A DNA stretch of 64,000 nt from Geosiphon pyriformis uo1 (GCA_016748015.1 JAAOMT010000128.1:1991538-2055537), one strand, 5' to 3'. Numbered from the stretch's first letter, positions 40,483 to 55,500 are shown. Notes: generated by a model not told the origin, from the letters alone. A program made the numbers and translations.

Positions 40483-41797
40483 ATGCCTGTACAACTTCTT
40501 GACGACAAAGTTGCGCTGACCCATCACTCTGGCGCTTCTTCGGAAGGTTAAATTTTTGAGCGATATTCTTCATATGACTTAAACACAATTCATTATATTT
40601 GGTGGAATATTCATTTTCTGCTTCTACAGTATATTTCTTTGGGGCAACCGTCACCAGTTGGAAGGTTGGCGGTCAAGAACGTCTATTTTTGAGGTGGAAA
40701 TAAATTGGTCTTTTTATTGACTCAAGTTTCAAAGAGCTCAGTTAAAAGAAACATGGTTTAAATTTAGCAAAAAAGCTATTCTTGATGGGACGAAAGGCAT
40801 ACGTGGTGGTATTCCGATAGGTATAAAAATTATTAAAATACGGCCAATTCCACTTATTGTGATGTCAAATTAATGATTCGAAATCCATAAAGTTTTCCCG
40901 CAATTCGCAACTGCTAAGGACCCCAATGCAGCTACTGCAGCACTTCCCCAACATGGAACTGCTCGTATATCGAGGTGGGAATGGCTTGGAACTTCCACCG
41001 ATAACGAATCAGAAATATCAGTCAGATTTGGTAGGAACATATTTAGAAAGAATTTTAACCAAATTATTGTTCATTCGAGCCTGAAATTCTATTTTCTGTA
41101 GGTTTAACTGATTCTCAGATTCCGGAAAAGCTTAAAAAGGCCTGGCAAAAAAAATTTAAGCTAATTTTTATAGTCACCTTGACAATGGATACATTAAATA
41201 CTTCTTTGCATGTCAAAAACGAAGATTCAGATGCATTTGATTTTAATGTGCTATTTCACACCTATTTTGCGGTTCCAGTAAGAAAATTTTGAATTTGTCG
41301 GGAACTAACTGTATCGGACCCAATATATAACAGAATTAATCCTTATTTCCAATCTAGGATATTTCCAAAGTTTCCATTCATGGTCTTAGTGGCCTTACTT
41401 ATATTGATAAAGTTGCAAATAATCCTAGCATTTCGGACTCTCAAGATGTTATCACCATCGATCAGGAAGTCGATCGTATTTACCCTAAGGCTCCCAACAC
41501 AGGAATTCTAATTGACTTCGGTGGCAAAGAAAAATTTGCTCTCACAAAGACCAATTTGCATGATACAGGCAAGTTCTTGAATAATGATGAATCTAGAATA
41601 ATTTCCTATTAAGGCTAAAATAAACATTGAAAATAGTCGTATGGAACCCATGGATTGCCAAAGCCGAAGGGATGTCCGATTTTGGTAATGAAGAATATAA
41701 AAAAATGATTTGTGTCGAAGCTGGAACAGTTGCCACTTATATCAACTTAAAGCAGGGAGAGACATGGGAAGGAGGGCAAGCTTTGAAGATTATTTAA
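40483..41797 (+). CDS. Glucose-6-phosphate 1-epimerase (aldose 1-epimerase family), multi-exon
   Basis: MPVQLLDDKV...FGATVTSWK..GQERLFLS...AIRGGIPIVFPQF...LPQHGTAR...LFHTYF...EVDRIY...VVWNPW..KAEGMSDFG..EYKKMICVEAG. Confidence 0.96.
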
Positions 41798-42035
41798 GAC
41801 TTTAAATGGAGATCAAAGGGGAGCTCAAAATATAAATATTGATGATTTCAATCCTTTGATCCTAAACTGAATGAATCTATTTAATTACCCTAATTAAATC
41901 ATCTTAATTGTAATTATTAATAAAAAGAAACAGTTTTATATTTTGAATAAAATTAATAATTTTGTTAATTATTCACTTGTTTTAAAAAATATTAATGTAA
42001 GTTTATTTGTTTATTTGTTTATTAAATATAATTAA

Positions 42036-43176
42036 AGCCTGAAAAAAAAAAAAAAACTTTTTTTTTCATATTTTTTGTGATCACAATTAAAGCAAAGAGT
42101 AAAAAAGTTCCAAATACCATAGTACTTAAAATTACTGGTAGTATTTTTACCAAATACACATTTACAATTATAAAAACACTCTTTTTAAATAATATTATAA
42201 TAAGCCAGTTTTTTGTTAGTATTAAATGCTTTTTTTAATTTTAAATTGATAAACTAAAAAATAAACTTAAATAATTTAATCAAATTATTTAATTAAAATC
42301 TTTATATATAAATTAGTAAAATAAATTACCAAAATTTTAAAAGATTTGAAATAAACAATAACATATTACCAAAAACCAACAAACTTTAATTTAGCATAAA
42401 AATTTTACCAAAAACCCTATTTATTTTATTAAAAAAAATATAAAAAAATATAATAAAAAATCACAATAATAAAAACAAAAATAAGAAAAAAAAATTTTAA
42501 TCAAAGTTATATATAGAAACACAACTTATTTTACTTTTAAAAATAGCAATAAATAATTAAGAATTAACATATTAAATAATATAATTATATATTAATTTTA
42601 ACTAATTTTAACAAATATGTTGTTACTATTATTATCTAAAATAAAATAAAAATTATTATTTACAATCAGAATAAAACCAAATATTATAATTGGTATTATT
42701 ATAATAATATTAATAAAAAATATTAAAAAAGTTAAAGTTATATTTTTTAATAAAAAAATAAATTTTAAATTAAAAGTAATATTTTAAAAAACATTAAAAT
42801 AATTACTGTTTTTTCATATTTTAAGTTAATTGTATTAATTTTGTTTTTTTATTGTTTTGGCTAATTATTTAAACAACAATAAAAAATTGATAACAAAAAT
42901 TAATGTTTAATTATTAATCTGAAGTTTTTTTTAGTAATAATAATTATATTAAAACTTAAAAAAACACTTTTAACTAAAAACCAAAAAATGCTTTTTTAAT
43001 AACCAAAAACTGTTCAAATTTTATACTTTTATAAAATACTATTTAATTGTTTTTATTATTAAAAAAGCTTTTAAATAATTGTATTATTAAAGACTATAAA
43101 AATTAAAATTTGTTTTTTTTTACTTTTTACTTTAAATATAATCATAAAAATATAAAAAAAGTTATTATCTTAAATT
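42036..43176. mobile_element. Decayed non-autonomous TIR element (about 1.1 kb, long imperfect inverted repeats); ends approximate
   Basis: The reverse complement of 42056-42107 matches 43113-43162 almost entirely through transition differences. Weaker inverted similarity continues between ~42200-42280 and ~42910-42995. Confidence 0.6.
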
Positions 43177-43945
43177 AAATAAAAAAAGTTTTAATTAATA
43201 AAAAGTTTTAAATATAATCAAAATATTTTAAAATACTTAATTTATTTAAAATTTAAAATTTATTAATATTTTTTAACAACAAAAGAAAAGTTATTTATTC
43301 AAATTTTTTTAGCTTTTCGTTTTATTTTAATGCAAAATTCAAAAGTTTTTATTTTGTAATCAACTATTAAAATACCAGATTTTGTATTTGATTCATCATT
43401 TTTCATAAATATAACTCAGCTTAATCATAAATTGTGTCACAGAATCAGTTAAATTGGCCACAAATTTTTATGTGCTAAATTTACATGAAAAATAATTTTT
43501 TGAATTTTATAAAGTAATATTAAAATTAAAAATACATTGTAATTAATTACGTTTATTTATTATTTGATAATTTAAAATTTTGTTTATTTAGTAATTATCG
43601 TAAAAAGTATTTATATAAATTTTCAATGATACAATATACATTTAGTTTGTTTTCTGTCATGTGCCAAAATAAAGGTGAAGTTTTTGTCAAGTAAAAGATA
43701 TTATTTCGCAAGTCATAGTTTCCAACTATATAAACTGTCTAGAATAAGATCAACCTCGAAATTGAGAAAGATATCAGCAATCAATTAAAAGAATTCAAAA
43801 ACCCATTTGAAGAAAATGAATTTCAGTATTGAAGAATGGAAATTTTGCAAATTGTATCAGACGATATATAGATGAAGATTGTTGTAAAATACTTAACCCG
43901 CGATCTGCATAAACCTGACTCTCCCTTCCCAAGACATTTTCTGTG

Positions 43946-44740
43946 CTATAATCGTTCGCTGGGAGATGAAGCAGTGCTAGAACCAGGAAATGGTGTAGTA
44001 CCCTGTTGAGCTTGGGCAGCCTGTTGCTGCATCAATTGCTGATTCAATTCACCGAATCGTTGCCCGACGCGTTCATTGTATTTGATGAATTTTTCGGCGC
44101 ATCGGAGCACGCACGTTTCCTAGAAGTTAGTGCATTGAGGACATAACAAGCGAGAAGAAAGAGAGGAGCGTTGAGGGAAGTTTGATATGGAAATAGGTGT
44201 ATGATCGAAAGAAAGATGAAGGAAACATCATTTTTCGATGGCAAATTTACTTATTATGTTAATGGGATAAGGAAAGAAAAGTTGTTTCGACAAGAATGCT
44301 CTTGTATGGTCTTCTTCCATAAACCGCCATTATAATTTTGCGAAAATCAAATTAGTGACAAGTGAACACACGTTACTTCTTTTGAACTGATGGCCTTTGA
44401 TGTGAAATCATTAATGCAATCGTTGAAGCAACGTTCTACGAGACCTGTATAAAATTTCATTAATTCGCGTAGCTTTTGTTTTGGTATGTGTTTGTCATAT
44501 AAAGGGTTGGGATAGGCGAGTCGGACGTTAATGTCAGGAGATTCAAGTTATGTTTTTAATACAGAGATGATTTCAAAAGGTAAAAAGCAAGAAAATTCAC
44601 CAAAATCATAAATTAGTCTTTTATAGCATTCCTTTGTACAAAAAAGAGCAGGCAAATAAATTTTGGCTTCTTACCTGTTTCTGTTCTAGTATTTTTTGTA
44701 TATGTGCGCGCTCAGCATCATTTAACTGTGAAAAATCCAT
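43946..44740 (-). CDS. TIM9: Mitochondrial intermembrane-space chaperone Tim9; exons 44740-44675, 44472-44377, 44119-43946
   Basis: MDFSQLNDAERAHIQKILEQKQ-LRELMKFYTGLVERCFNDCINDFTSKAISSKE-ETCVLRCAEKFIKYNERVGQRFGE. Twin CX3C motif. Not in the ORF track. Confidence 0.96.
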
Positions 44741-44912
44741 TTCTTTTAAAATATTTGTCGTGATTTAGTTAAAGGTTAAGAGTTGTTGGTAGTTGCTAAA
44801 ATTCATTGAATAAGAAAATTATCCATGGGGATCTACATAAATAATCATTGGTGACTCACGAAATCCAAGATCTTTATGTGACATCAATTTTTTTTGATTT
44901 ATTGTTGATAAG

Positions 44913-47217
44913 TTAAAATTTTTTGGAACAAAAGCAAAAATGTTTTAATAAACTTTCTCCCGCCGTGATTTTTTCCTGCTCTATTCTTTTCCTACATATT
45001 CCCTCCCATTCATTTTTGTAACTAGATATTTGTGTCACCACAATATCTTGATATTGCTCGTTAATGATGCTGTTATGGCTACCTGTAAATTTGAGCTTTG
45101 CAATTGGATAGGATTTTACATTGGCTACAACAGAATAAATTTGTGAATCTTTCTTGGATGGGGGCAGATAATATCCCGAGATGTAAGCTAGATCGCCATA
45201 TTTGAATTCTGCAGGTGCTGAGGTATTGGGATGATTTGAATTGAAATAAAATTTCTGACAAACTTGTCCTACTCCTATAGACTCTATTTTCCTATTCATG
45301 TACTCAGTGGCAAGCTCAAGAATTTTGTTGATTATTCTCAAGTCATCAACTGATGTATTGTTCAACATAGTGTACTTGATGCACGGACAAAACTCGGAAG
45401 GTATGTGAATGCTATTACAAGTTCTTGTAGGTTCGATTGGATTCAAAAGTATATCCCCATATGTTTGAGCTGTAGTTTTGGTATTATGACGACCCTCGAA
45501 AAAGTTTGAAGGTTCCTTCAGAGCCTTTGAAATATCGATCAAATTTGTGTTGTTTTTACTTTTACCGAAAGCCAGATAAAGTAAAGTCATATGGAGATCC
45601 AAATGTGAAGTAAGTTTGTTTTGATTAACCAAAAATCCAGGTCGGTGAGAATCTGCCAGAGATTTGGGTAGGATAATATGTAACGGTGGTTGATGGTGAT
45701 GTATACTACCTTCGTATGTGGAAACTTCAGATCCATAGTGCATCCCATGATCCGATAAAATAACGATAACGCTTTTTTGATAGGAAATTGAGTTAAAATA
45801 AATTTATGACAAATTGATAGCCAAATTGATTTAATAAAACCTCATACCTATTCGGCTTCAAAAATGGTTGCTTGCCTTCTTTCCCTCTTAACAATTCCGT
45901 GAATAATTCCACCATTGAATCATCTAAACTTACAAGCTTTGTATCCGGCGAATGAGTATCCATTAAGGTGACAGTCGCAAATCTCTTGTACCCTTCTCCA
46001 TTCTCATTTGAACCATTGTAAGTTTGTAAAAATTGTTTTAAATAATCAAATTGTGCTTGGTAGACAGCCTTTTGACCCATGCAAAAGGGGGACGCCACTA
46101 TCATCCCATCTATCGTAAGGGAATCATATTGCGAATCTAGTCCTTGTCTTAACTTACACGTTCGGCCAAATTCTTGATCCTTGAATAGTTGAGCAGTATC
46201 ACACATTGATACATGAGGAAATTGATGATGCCCTGGCATTTTATCACGAGCTTTCTGATAGAAATAAGTGATCGCCCCATCCGCATAACCCCTATATCCA
46301 AATTCCCACCAACCACCACATTCACCGTCCGAATGCATTGTTACGAAGCCTTGCCTTTCGAACAATTCCCAGAGCCAAGTTCCTTGAGCATTTTTTTTTT
46401 CCGAATATAAGTAATCCTTTGATTGTCCGGAATAAATGAAGGCTTTATTTGGAGGTGAGTTAACTCCAAGTACATTATAACGGTTGAATGAAAAAGTCTC
46501 ATGCGTCCCATTCGTATGACTGTCAAGATCTTTGAAAAACGCAATGGTTTTTGGAAATTCTTCATTGAAATGTTCTCTAGAAACGGCATCGAGTAAAAGC
46601 AAGACAACGTCATCAACTAATGGAGCTTGATCTTTTAAAACACTATTTTGGGGAATTGGAAATTTCATATGATTTTTATTATCTTTGATGGGTTCACGAG
46701 TCAGAAAGTTGTTTTCATTCCCACATTTGATCAACACATATTCTTCTGTGAATTTCAAAGGACCGTTCTTGATTTGATCCCATAATTGGAACTTGTACAT
46801 TGATGGAAAATGATAGTCGAAAGGGATATCACAATCAACCTTGATTAATTGTTCTCCAGTCAATTGATCATGGTCGATATGAACAAAGGTTTTACCTGGT
46901 TCAATATCGATTACAGTGTCGTCTAGTGTCAAATTTTTCCAAGATGGAAGTTCACATATGCCGTTGCCACCAAGCATTTTTTCATATTCTATTTCGTCAT
47001 GCACATGGTTCAAAAAATATATTCCGAATATTAAAAAAAGAACTGTGACTGCTAGCAAAACTGTCAGGGGTTTTGGATTTCTCGTTAACTTTATCCCGCA
47101 TAACTTTAACCCACAAACTGTAAAGGGGGCGGAAGGTGAATTAAGCGGCCCATAGTTGAAAGAAGGTCGGTTCAACCAAACCCAAATGCGGTTAAGAAAA
47201 CTGACGATTCTGGCCAT
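44913..47217 (-). CDS. DUF229-like alkaline phosphatase/sulfatase-fold type II membrane protein, one intron (~45773-45847)
   Basis: N-terminal TM (LTVLLAVTVLFLIFGIYFL); motifs LLDAVSREHF..FPKT, YNVLGVNSPPN, MDTH, ILSDHGMHYG, NQNKLTSHLDLHMTL, RTC...IPSEFCPC. Confidence 0.85.
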
Positions 47218-48922
47218 ACTCTCAACTTCTATTCTTTAATATTTAAAAATGTATAACTGACTCTCTGAAATAAGCTACCCTTTTTTTAGGCTTGAAAAAG
47301 TACGGGAGCTCATGTTTGAAACTATTTTTGGATATTACATTTTAAACTTATAATCATGTGCTATTTTATAGAAGAAAAAGTTTTTATTAAATTAATTTGT
47401 TTGATTAAAATAAATTTTGTTATACTTTATTATTTTAATTATACATTAACCATTTTATATTTATGACTTAATTATTAACTTAATTAATAATTTAATTATG
47501 GCCTTTTTTTATAAAATTGCAAAAACTTGCTTTTATAGTTTATTAAAAAAATTTTATCCTTAATATTAATTAAAATTGCTGTTAAAGATTATAACAGATT
47601 ATATTTTAACTATTTGTAATAAAAAAAACCTTTTAATTCTTAAAAACATATTTATTTTTATAATTAATTTTATTTTGAAAATAGTAAAAAAATAATTAAT
47701 ATATGTTGTTATTTAAGCCAAAAATTGAATTAAAAATTATTATAGTATTAATTAAATAATTATATTATAATATAAAAATAGTTAAAAATAATATAATAAT
47801 TAAAAATAATATAAAACAACATAAAATAATTTAAAATAATAAACTATAATTAAATATATTATATTTTCTTAAAATAATTTATATTATTAAAAATGCTGTA
47901 TATATATATTTTAAATTAAATTAAAAATTAAAATAAATTAAAATAAACTAATTAAATATTTAATTTAAAATAAAAATTTAATTTAAATTTAATTCTATTA
48001 ATATAAGTAATAAAATTAAATTTTATTTTAACTAATAATATTTTAATTAATTTAATTATATATATTATGTAAATTTCTGTAAAACAAATATTTTTATATT
48101 ATATTACTCTTTATTAATTGTTAAAAATAATTTCAAATAAATCAATTTTATTTTAAATAAATATTTTAAATTTTTTATTTAATTTTAAGTTTAAAAACTA
48201 TTTTATTATTTTAAAAAATTGAATTTATAAACGTTTTTTATTATTAATAATTAATAATATTACTTATATAATAAATAAAAAATTATTAAAAATAATATGT
48301 TTAAAAGATTATATTAAAAATTACAATATATTAAATATTAAAAAATATATTAAATTTTAAGTTAATAATTATTTAAAATTAAAATAATAATATATATTGT
48401 GTTAATATTTTTTTAAAGATTATTGATTAATATAATCAAATATTAAAAGCTCTAATACAAAAAATTATTATTGTTTATTAATATTATATATTATATATTT
48501 AATAATTATATTCGAATTTTTGTCTTATATATAAGTATAAAATTTAAATACTTAAATATTTTAAAAATTAATTTTATAAATATAAAAACAAAATTAAATA
48601 ATAAATATAAATAAATTACACATATAAAAATTATTTTACTTAATATTTTATGTATAATTTATAAATAAAAAAACAAATATGTATTTGGTTTTTTTAATAT
48701 TTTTATTTAATTTAAAATACTTATAATTTTTTAATCTAATAATAACAAAGAATTTGTAACAAAAATTATTAATAAAAAATGAAAAATAATTTGGTTTATT
48801 GAATTATTATTTATAAATTATAAATATTGTATATTTTTAAAATTAAAATTATTTAATTTATATTTTATATAAAAATAATAAATACACAAATTTATAATAT
48901 TATTAAACAATTTTTTTATTAA

Positions 48923-49013
48923 TTTTTTTTATTTTTTATTTTTTTACAGAAACATACAAGAGAATCCAACTAAATGTGACTCACGCGCTTATTACATGTG
49001 ACCGGCCACTCGA
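48923..49013 (-). mobile_element. Mini-copy of the LINE 3' UTR (about 90 bp; lacks the last ~30 nt before the tail)
   Basis: Poly(T), then ...tgtgactcacgcgcttattacatgtgaccggccactcga. CpGs are retained. Weak candidate TSD TATTAAT. Confidence 0.8.
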
Positions 49014-49532
49014 TATTAATTAATTTTTAATTAAGTCTTATAAAATAATTTATAAAAACTTATTTAATTTTAATAATTATTATATTAATATACAGAAAAT
49101 TTTTTATAATATTAATACACAAAAAATTTAAGAAAAAAATAAATATTAATTTTAATTACTTGAATTTTTTATTATTATAAATATAGTTTAATTATTACTT
49201 ATTATAATAGAATTGTATAAAATTTTAAAATAAGCATAATTTATGCTTTTTATATATTTAATCAATTAAGTTAATCAAAACAATACTATAAATTTATATT
49301 ATACAAATATTATTACAAAATTTAAAAAACACTAAAAATAAAAAACATTAAAACTAAATTTAATTAAAATACTATAACTAAATTTGAATTTAAGAGCATT
49401 TATATTAAAATCACAAAATAACAAATTATTAATATTATATAATATCAAATTATTAATAATTATTAAATTTTAAGTTTTATAAAAAGTTTTAATTTAATAT
49501 TTAGCAACCAAATATTTAATCTGTTATAAATA

Positions 49533-52500
49533 TTTTTTTTATTAAGTTTTACAAGTATAATCCAATTATTACCTAAAAACAAACAATTAAAAAAAAATTT
49601 AGATTAAGTATAACTTATGCTTTTTCTACATGTAATTAGCAACTTAAACCAATTAAAACAACATTATATATTTATTTCACTTATTACAAAAAAATCTCAC
49701 ATAAAACCAAAATACAAATTAGTTAAAAGAGAGTATAATCTAAAACAAACATATATATTCAACTTGATACCAAAATTATAAATTATCTTGAAAGTCTATA
49801 AAGATAACAACTTTAAAACAAACAAAACAGCTGATTTATCACAAGACAGGAGATCATATTTTTTATAATGTGCTTTTAAATATGTGTTTAATAACCAAAT
49901 AGCAACTCTATAGCTCTTGGCAAAACTTCTGACCAAATTAATAACTATTGCATTATTATTAAATTTAATACTCAATAAGTGCATTGTTTTAACCACTTAT
50001 TTCTTTAATACAAAGTCTTTGGCCAATAATATATATAAGCAACCAGAAAATTTTGTCTTATGTAAGAATTAAATTACTTCATAATTAGCAACATAAGTGC
50101 TTAGCAAATTAATCTACTTTTGGATAATGTTTAAGATTAGATCTTTTTTAGTACAATTATTATAGATATATAAAAATATATAATTAAAGTTCTTAATTAG
50201 TTTACACTAAATGTATAATATACTAAAATAATTTAAGTTATACAGTTTTTTTCTTTTGGCCACAAATAAATAGTAGTACAGAGCTTTTATAAAATAGGAT
50301 TGAAATGCTATAAAAGTAGAGCTGATAAAACCAGATCTAATACAACTATTAGAATACTATATACTAAAAGTCTTTTGTATATCAAAGAAATTACAAAGTA
50401 TTATATCTACAGTACTATTAATACATTTGAATTCCCAGTTAACAAAATTAACAACATTAAAAAACCACTTAACAAAATAATAAACATTTCCAGAAACCAG
50501 TCTTTTTTTAATAACAAAAAAATAGTGCAGTATCTTAACAGATATAGTAAAACCAGATATAATAGTTGTATTGGCAAAAAAGTTTGTGTATTTATTATTA
50601 ATAATTTTAAAGTAACTCTTAATTTTATTTCAGTTAATTAATAAATTTTTTAATACAATAGTTTGATAAACATGTTCTTTTTCAATCCAGTATTTATTAC
50701 AAAAGTTGAAACTAATACATTTTTTATTTAAAGTACATATATCTAATAATGCTTGATTATCTGTAAATAATATAATCAAGCTAAACATAAGAATGTATTT
50801 TAGTACAAACACAATAGTCTGCAGTTTCACCATAGTTGAAAAAAACAAGCCACTTATTTTAATTCTAATATTTATATTAATGTTTAAAAAATACACAGCT
50901 ACACTACTATAAGCATTAACAGAACCAAAGTTCTTGGCTAAACCATTTATATAAATAACTATTTCTTTTGTCCTATTTCTTAACAAGCATTTTTTGACAA
51001 ATTTAAAGTTATATGGTTGGCCAGCAAGTATGAGATAGAAAGCTAGAATACTACAGCTAATTAGGCCATCATTCTTAATAAATATAACAAGTAAGCTAAA
51101 TCAACCAAAAATAAGATCTTTAAGATTAAGTTTTTTTTATTTGCAAAATGTGTTCCATGTAAAGCAAACTTCATGATGGTTCAGAAGTTGGTTAGCAAAA
51201 ACAATACTGAATCTCTTTAAAGATTTTACCATGTCAATATAATAATCTAAACTTAAGACATCAACAACAGCAATACTACTATCAGCCCAAAAAATATTTA
51301 GGAAATTGTTCTTTAAAAACAAACCACATAATACTAAAATATTAATTTCACCTGTCAAAAAACAGTTTATCAAATTGATTAACAATATAACTAAAAAATT
51401 AAGAGGATGCCAAGATATTTAGCTGAAAGTCTGTAAATTTATAATTTTATGTTTGAATAATTTGCCAAAAATCTTCTTTGAATTAGCAAAAATAACCAAA
51501 TTAGCCACCAAATTTTCAGTTTGCATTTATCCAAAAGACTTGAGATTATATAATTCAAGATGGGAAATAGCTTTATTAGGAAAGTCTTTAAACAAATTGG
51601 TCTTAAGCTTTAATTTTTTTCTTAGTAATCTGTTCTATTTCTTATATATATTTATTAATATATAATTAAATTATAGCTTGTTATTACTAGTAAAATTTTA
51701 GCTATTAATTAGCATAAAATTACTTTTTTAATTTTTATTATTAATTAGTATATATTATTATTATTTCAATTATCACTTATTATTTAATCAAATTATCAAT
51801 TATTATTATTCAATTACTAACTTAATTTGTACCATAGAAATTAAGATAATCAAATTACACAATACTCTGAACTATTTAATATTCAAAAATTCGTCGAAAT
51901 TAGCAGAAATTGGCCGAAATAATTAATAGTTTGTAGAAATAATTTGTAATTTGCCAAAATGTATTTTTAGTTTGCTAAAATTAGAGCAAAAAGAAAAGTA
52001 CAAATTCAAAGACTAGTACTACAACAAGTTGTATAAAAAAAGAGCTTCTTTTTTCAAAAAAATGTATTTTACTATAGTATCTTATCTTATTTTTAAATAT
52101 TTTAATTAGAACAAATCACTTTTTATACATTCTTACAAAATCAAATAAAAATTAAAATATTCAAAAACCAAATCTTTAATTATTATACTTAAAACTTTTG
52201 AAACCCAATTAATATTTTGAAATCGATAGCTACTAATTTCAATAATTTGTTAGTAATTCCAGACCTGGATAGAAAATATTTCTCTTAACAGAATTCTATT
52301 TCTTTTATATTTCTTTTATTTATTTTTTTCTTTCTTTTCTTATTATAATTATCAGAGTAGCTTACAAATAAAATTCTTGTAGAAAAGTTGACTTTCACAG
52401 CAAAATAACTACACATTTTTAGTGAGTTTTTAAATAAGCAATTTCTGGAAAAAAGTTGATGTTTACTACAATATAACTATATAAAATAACTGGCACAAAA

Positions 52501-55500
52501 TTGGTCATTCTATTTATAAGCCCAGCAGTTCAAATTATAAGAGATAATTTAAAGATAAATTCAGTTATCAAAGGTTCAACTACTTCCAGAAAATGCAAAT
52601 TCACAACAAATAAATATTAACAACATTTAAAAAAAGAGACCAAAAATCTTTAGTAATACTGTAATTAACAATAAACTAAAAAACTACAGATATTAGATAC
52701 AAAAATTGTTTATTTGACATAGTCTTCTTTAAAACCAGATTCATAAAAAATCTAACATCTGATAAGCTTTGACAAGACTCAATTTGGAAAGATCATTTGT
52801 AAACAAAAAAATGTTCAAGTATCTATAAGATTTACTCTTTTTTGCTATCAAAATATTAAATCTACTTATTAATAAATAGGGAATTTTTACTTTTTAATTA
52901 ATAGATATGACAACTATTTTTTCAATGTTAATTGAAATGTCATTAATTTCAAAAAATTTGTTAGCAATATTTAAGATGTATTATGTAACAAATATGTCAT
53001 TTTCAATCCAAATTGTATTATTCACAAAAGCTTCTGTTGTCAAAAAAGATGTCTTGCCACCTCTAAGATTCTATTTGCTAGTTTTTATAATAAATTTTGA
53101 ATTCAATCTATAATCAAACAAACTGTTATGTTTTTTAATTTTACAAAGCAAAGAATTATAAAAAATTTTCTACAGCAGTAATAAAAAGACTTTTTTTTAA
53201 TTCAAATTATCATGTACAATATACTTATTTATAAGTCCAAAATCTGTTATTATTTAATTAACTCTATTATTGTAAATGTTTTCAAAAAACTGAATAAAAT
53301 AAAAACACATCTTGATCTTATTTAAACTATTTTACAAATAGTACCACCTAACAGAATTGTATATTTTGCATATATCTTAAAGAACCAATTACAACTCTCT
53401 GTTTTTTTTCAATACATTTTCAATTACAAAATTAATGGCAAAAATTGAAGTCTAAGTAAATGTTTTCTTTAGAACTGAAAAATTATTACTATATAAAACA
53501 TCAAATTTACTACAAACTAAAAAAATTATATCTAAAAAAATCTTAAATAGAATTCTATAAGCTGTTTTAATTAAAGTTATTGGTCTGATATTTGTTAGTA
53601 TTTTTTTTCAATTATATAATTTTAGTATTATAGAAATTCAAGCCTTTTTCTACTGTATGAAAACTATATTTAACACTAAATTCACATTAAAAATATCCAA
53701 TAAATTTTTTAAAATCTGTTTATTTTCATGTTTTTAAAGCTTATTAAAAATACCAGAAAGGCTAATGGCTTTATTATTAGGCAGATTTTTGATTACTTGT
53801 AGAAATTTTTAAACTTAATATTATTCATAATTTTTAAGAATACACAATTATTAAAATAGTTTAGAGAAGTATATTATCTGAACTATTAATTAGACTAAGT
53901 GCTAAGTATTACATGTTTTCTTGTCTATTTTTTTATAATAGTATTGATTATAGACTTGATTTCACAAGACTTCAGAACCAGATTGTCATTTACTATTAAA
54001 TAGTCAAGTATTATTTTCTAAAATAGTTGTTTCAAAACACTTTTAATTATGTGCTCTTTATTAAAACAAAAATTTTCTATGTATTTTTCTATTATCTTTC
54101 TAATAAAATTATTTTTAACAACTTTAAATTCATAATATTTGAATTTGCAATATTTTTTTTTGACTCTTAACAGATAGCACAGAATTTTTTCCAATTTTTT
54201 GCTATTATTAACCAAAATATTTATTTTGGAGATCTTTTTTTTATTAATAACAATTCAAATATTAATAAAATAAATAGTCTTAAAATTTTTATTTGAATTT
54301 AAATCCTTAATGATTTTGGCCACTAACAGCTTTAGCTTAAAGAACTTAATGATTGTATGTTTTATAAACACTTAAAATTACTGAATTAAAGTTTAGAAAA
54401 AATCTTATTAATAAAGTTTACTACTATCTTTTTCAAAATCAACTATATTGTATCTAAATTACTATGATCTTTTATATTATTGAACCTAGCTGTCTTATTC
54501 AAAACTGTACTTAAAAAACATTTCTTAAAATATGACTACTTAATAATCTTAGCACTTTTGATTTTGAACTTCTATCTATTCTTATTAGTCTGTTTATAAA
54601 CATTATTAAGACAAGTATTTAAGAAATTATTCAAACTAATTACAACTAAAATAGTTTTGTGATTAGTATCAAAAAAATTAGCAATAATATTAATTCTATA
54701 ACCAGTAACTATAAATGCCAGGTTTTAATTTACAAAAATAAAATCTATGACCATTTTACTACTCTTAGAATTGTTCTAAGTAAGAGCTTTAGCAAATAGA
54801 TATCTATTAAATAAGTTAACCAAATTCAAATCCAAACAAAACTTAAAACTCATACTTTTCTTAAAATTGTTTTTATTAAAATTTTCATTTAATACTATAA
54901 AAATACTGGAATTAACTGTTTTAGCAATGAAAGAATTAACTTTAGACACTTGGTCAAACCTTGTCTCTACAGATATACCAGTATATAAATCTAAAATTGT
55001 AACCAAAATTTTGTCTTTAAAGAGAAGTCTTACTAAAATAACATGACCAGAAATTTTTTTTACTTTAAAAACATATCAAATTAAAGAATTATTTATAACA
55101 ACAGTCATTTCAGCACCAAAAAAACTCTTATTCAGGCCAGTTGTGAAAATTCATACTCTATTAAACTTATTTATAATCTATGATCTAACACTAGATCTTA
55201 ACTTTGTTTCCATAATAATAGAAACTATATTATCTAAACTTATATGCCAATAAACAATGTCTTTCTGTTTTGCAAAAACATTAATACTCCAAACATTATA
55301 TATAATAAATCTTTATACCAAGTTATTTATTAAGATAATAAGATTGTTAAAAAGCCTAAACCAAAACACAACTAATCTAATCTTACCAAAACCAAATTAA
55401 CAAAAACTTTAAGAGCAACTATTTATCTTAGTGGTTAAAATTTTTAATTTATTTAAACTAAATTAGAAGTCTGATCAATTAAAACTAAAAGAAAAGGGAC

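Noticed and set aside
44000-44014. ACCCTGTTGAGCTTG resembling LSU rRNA
   Set aside because: It lies in TIM9 coding sequence (antisense of QAQQG) and is a chance match.
47350-48920. Very AT-rich tract as another ghost element (also 22900-23700)
   Set aside because: Plausible, but I could not align it to any element in the window, so it is not annotated.
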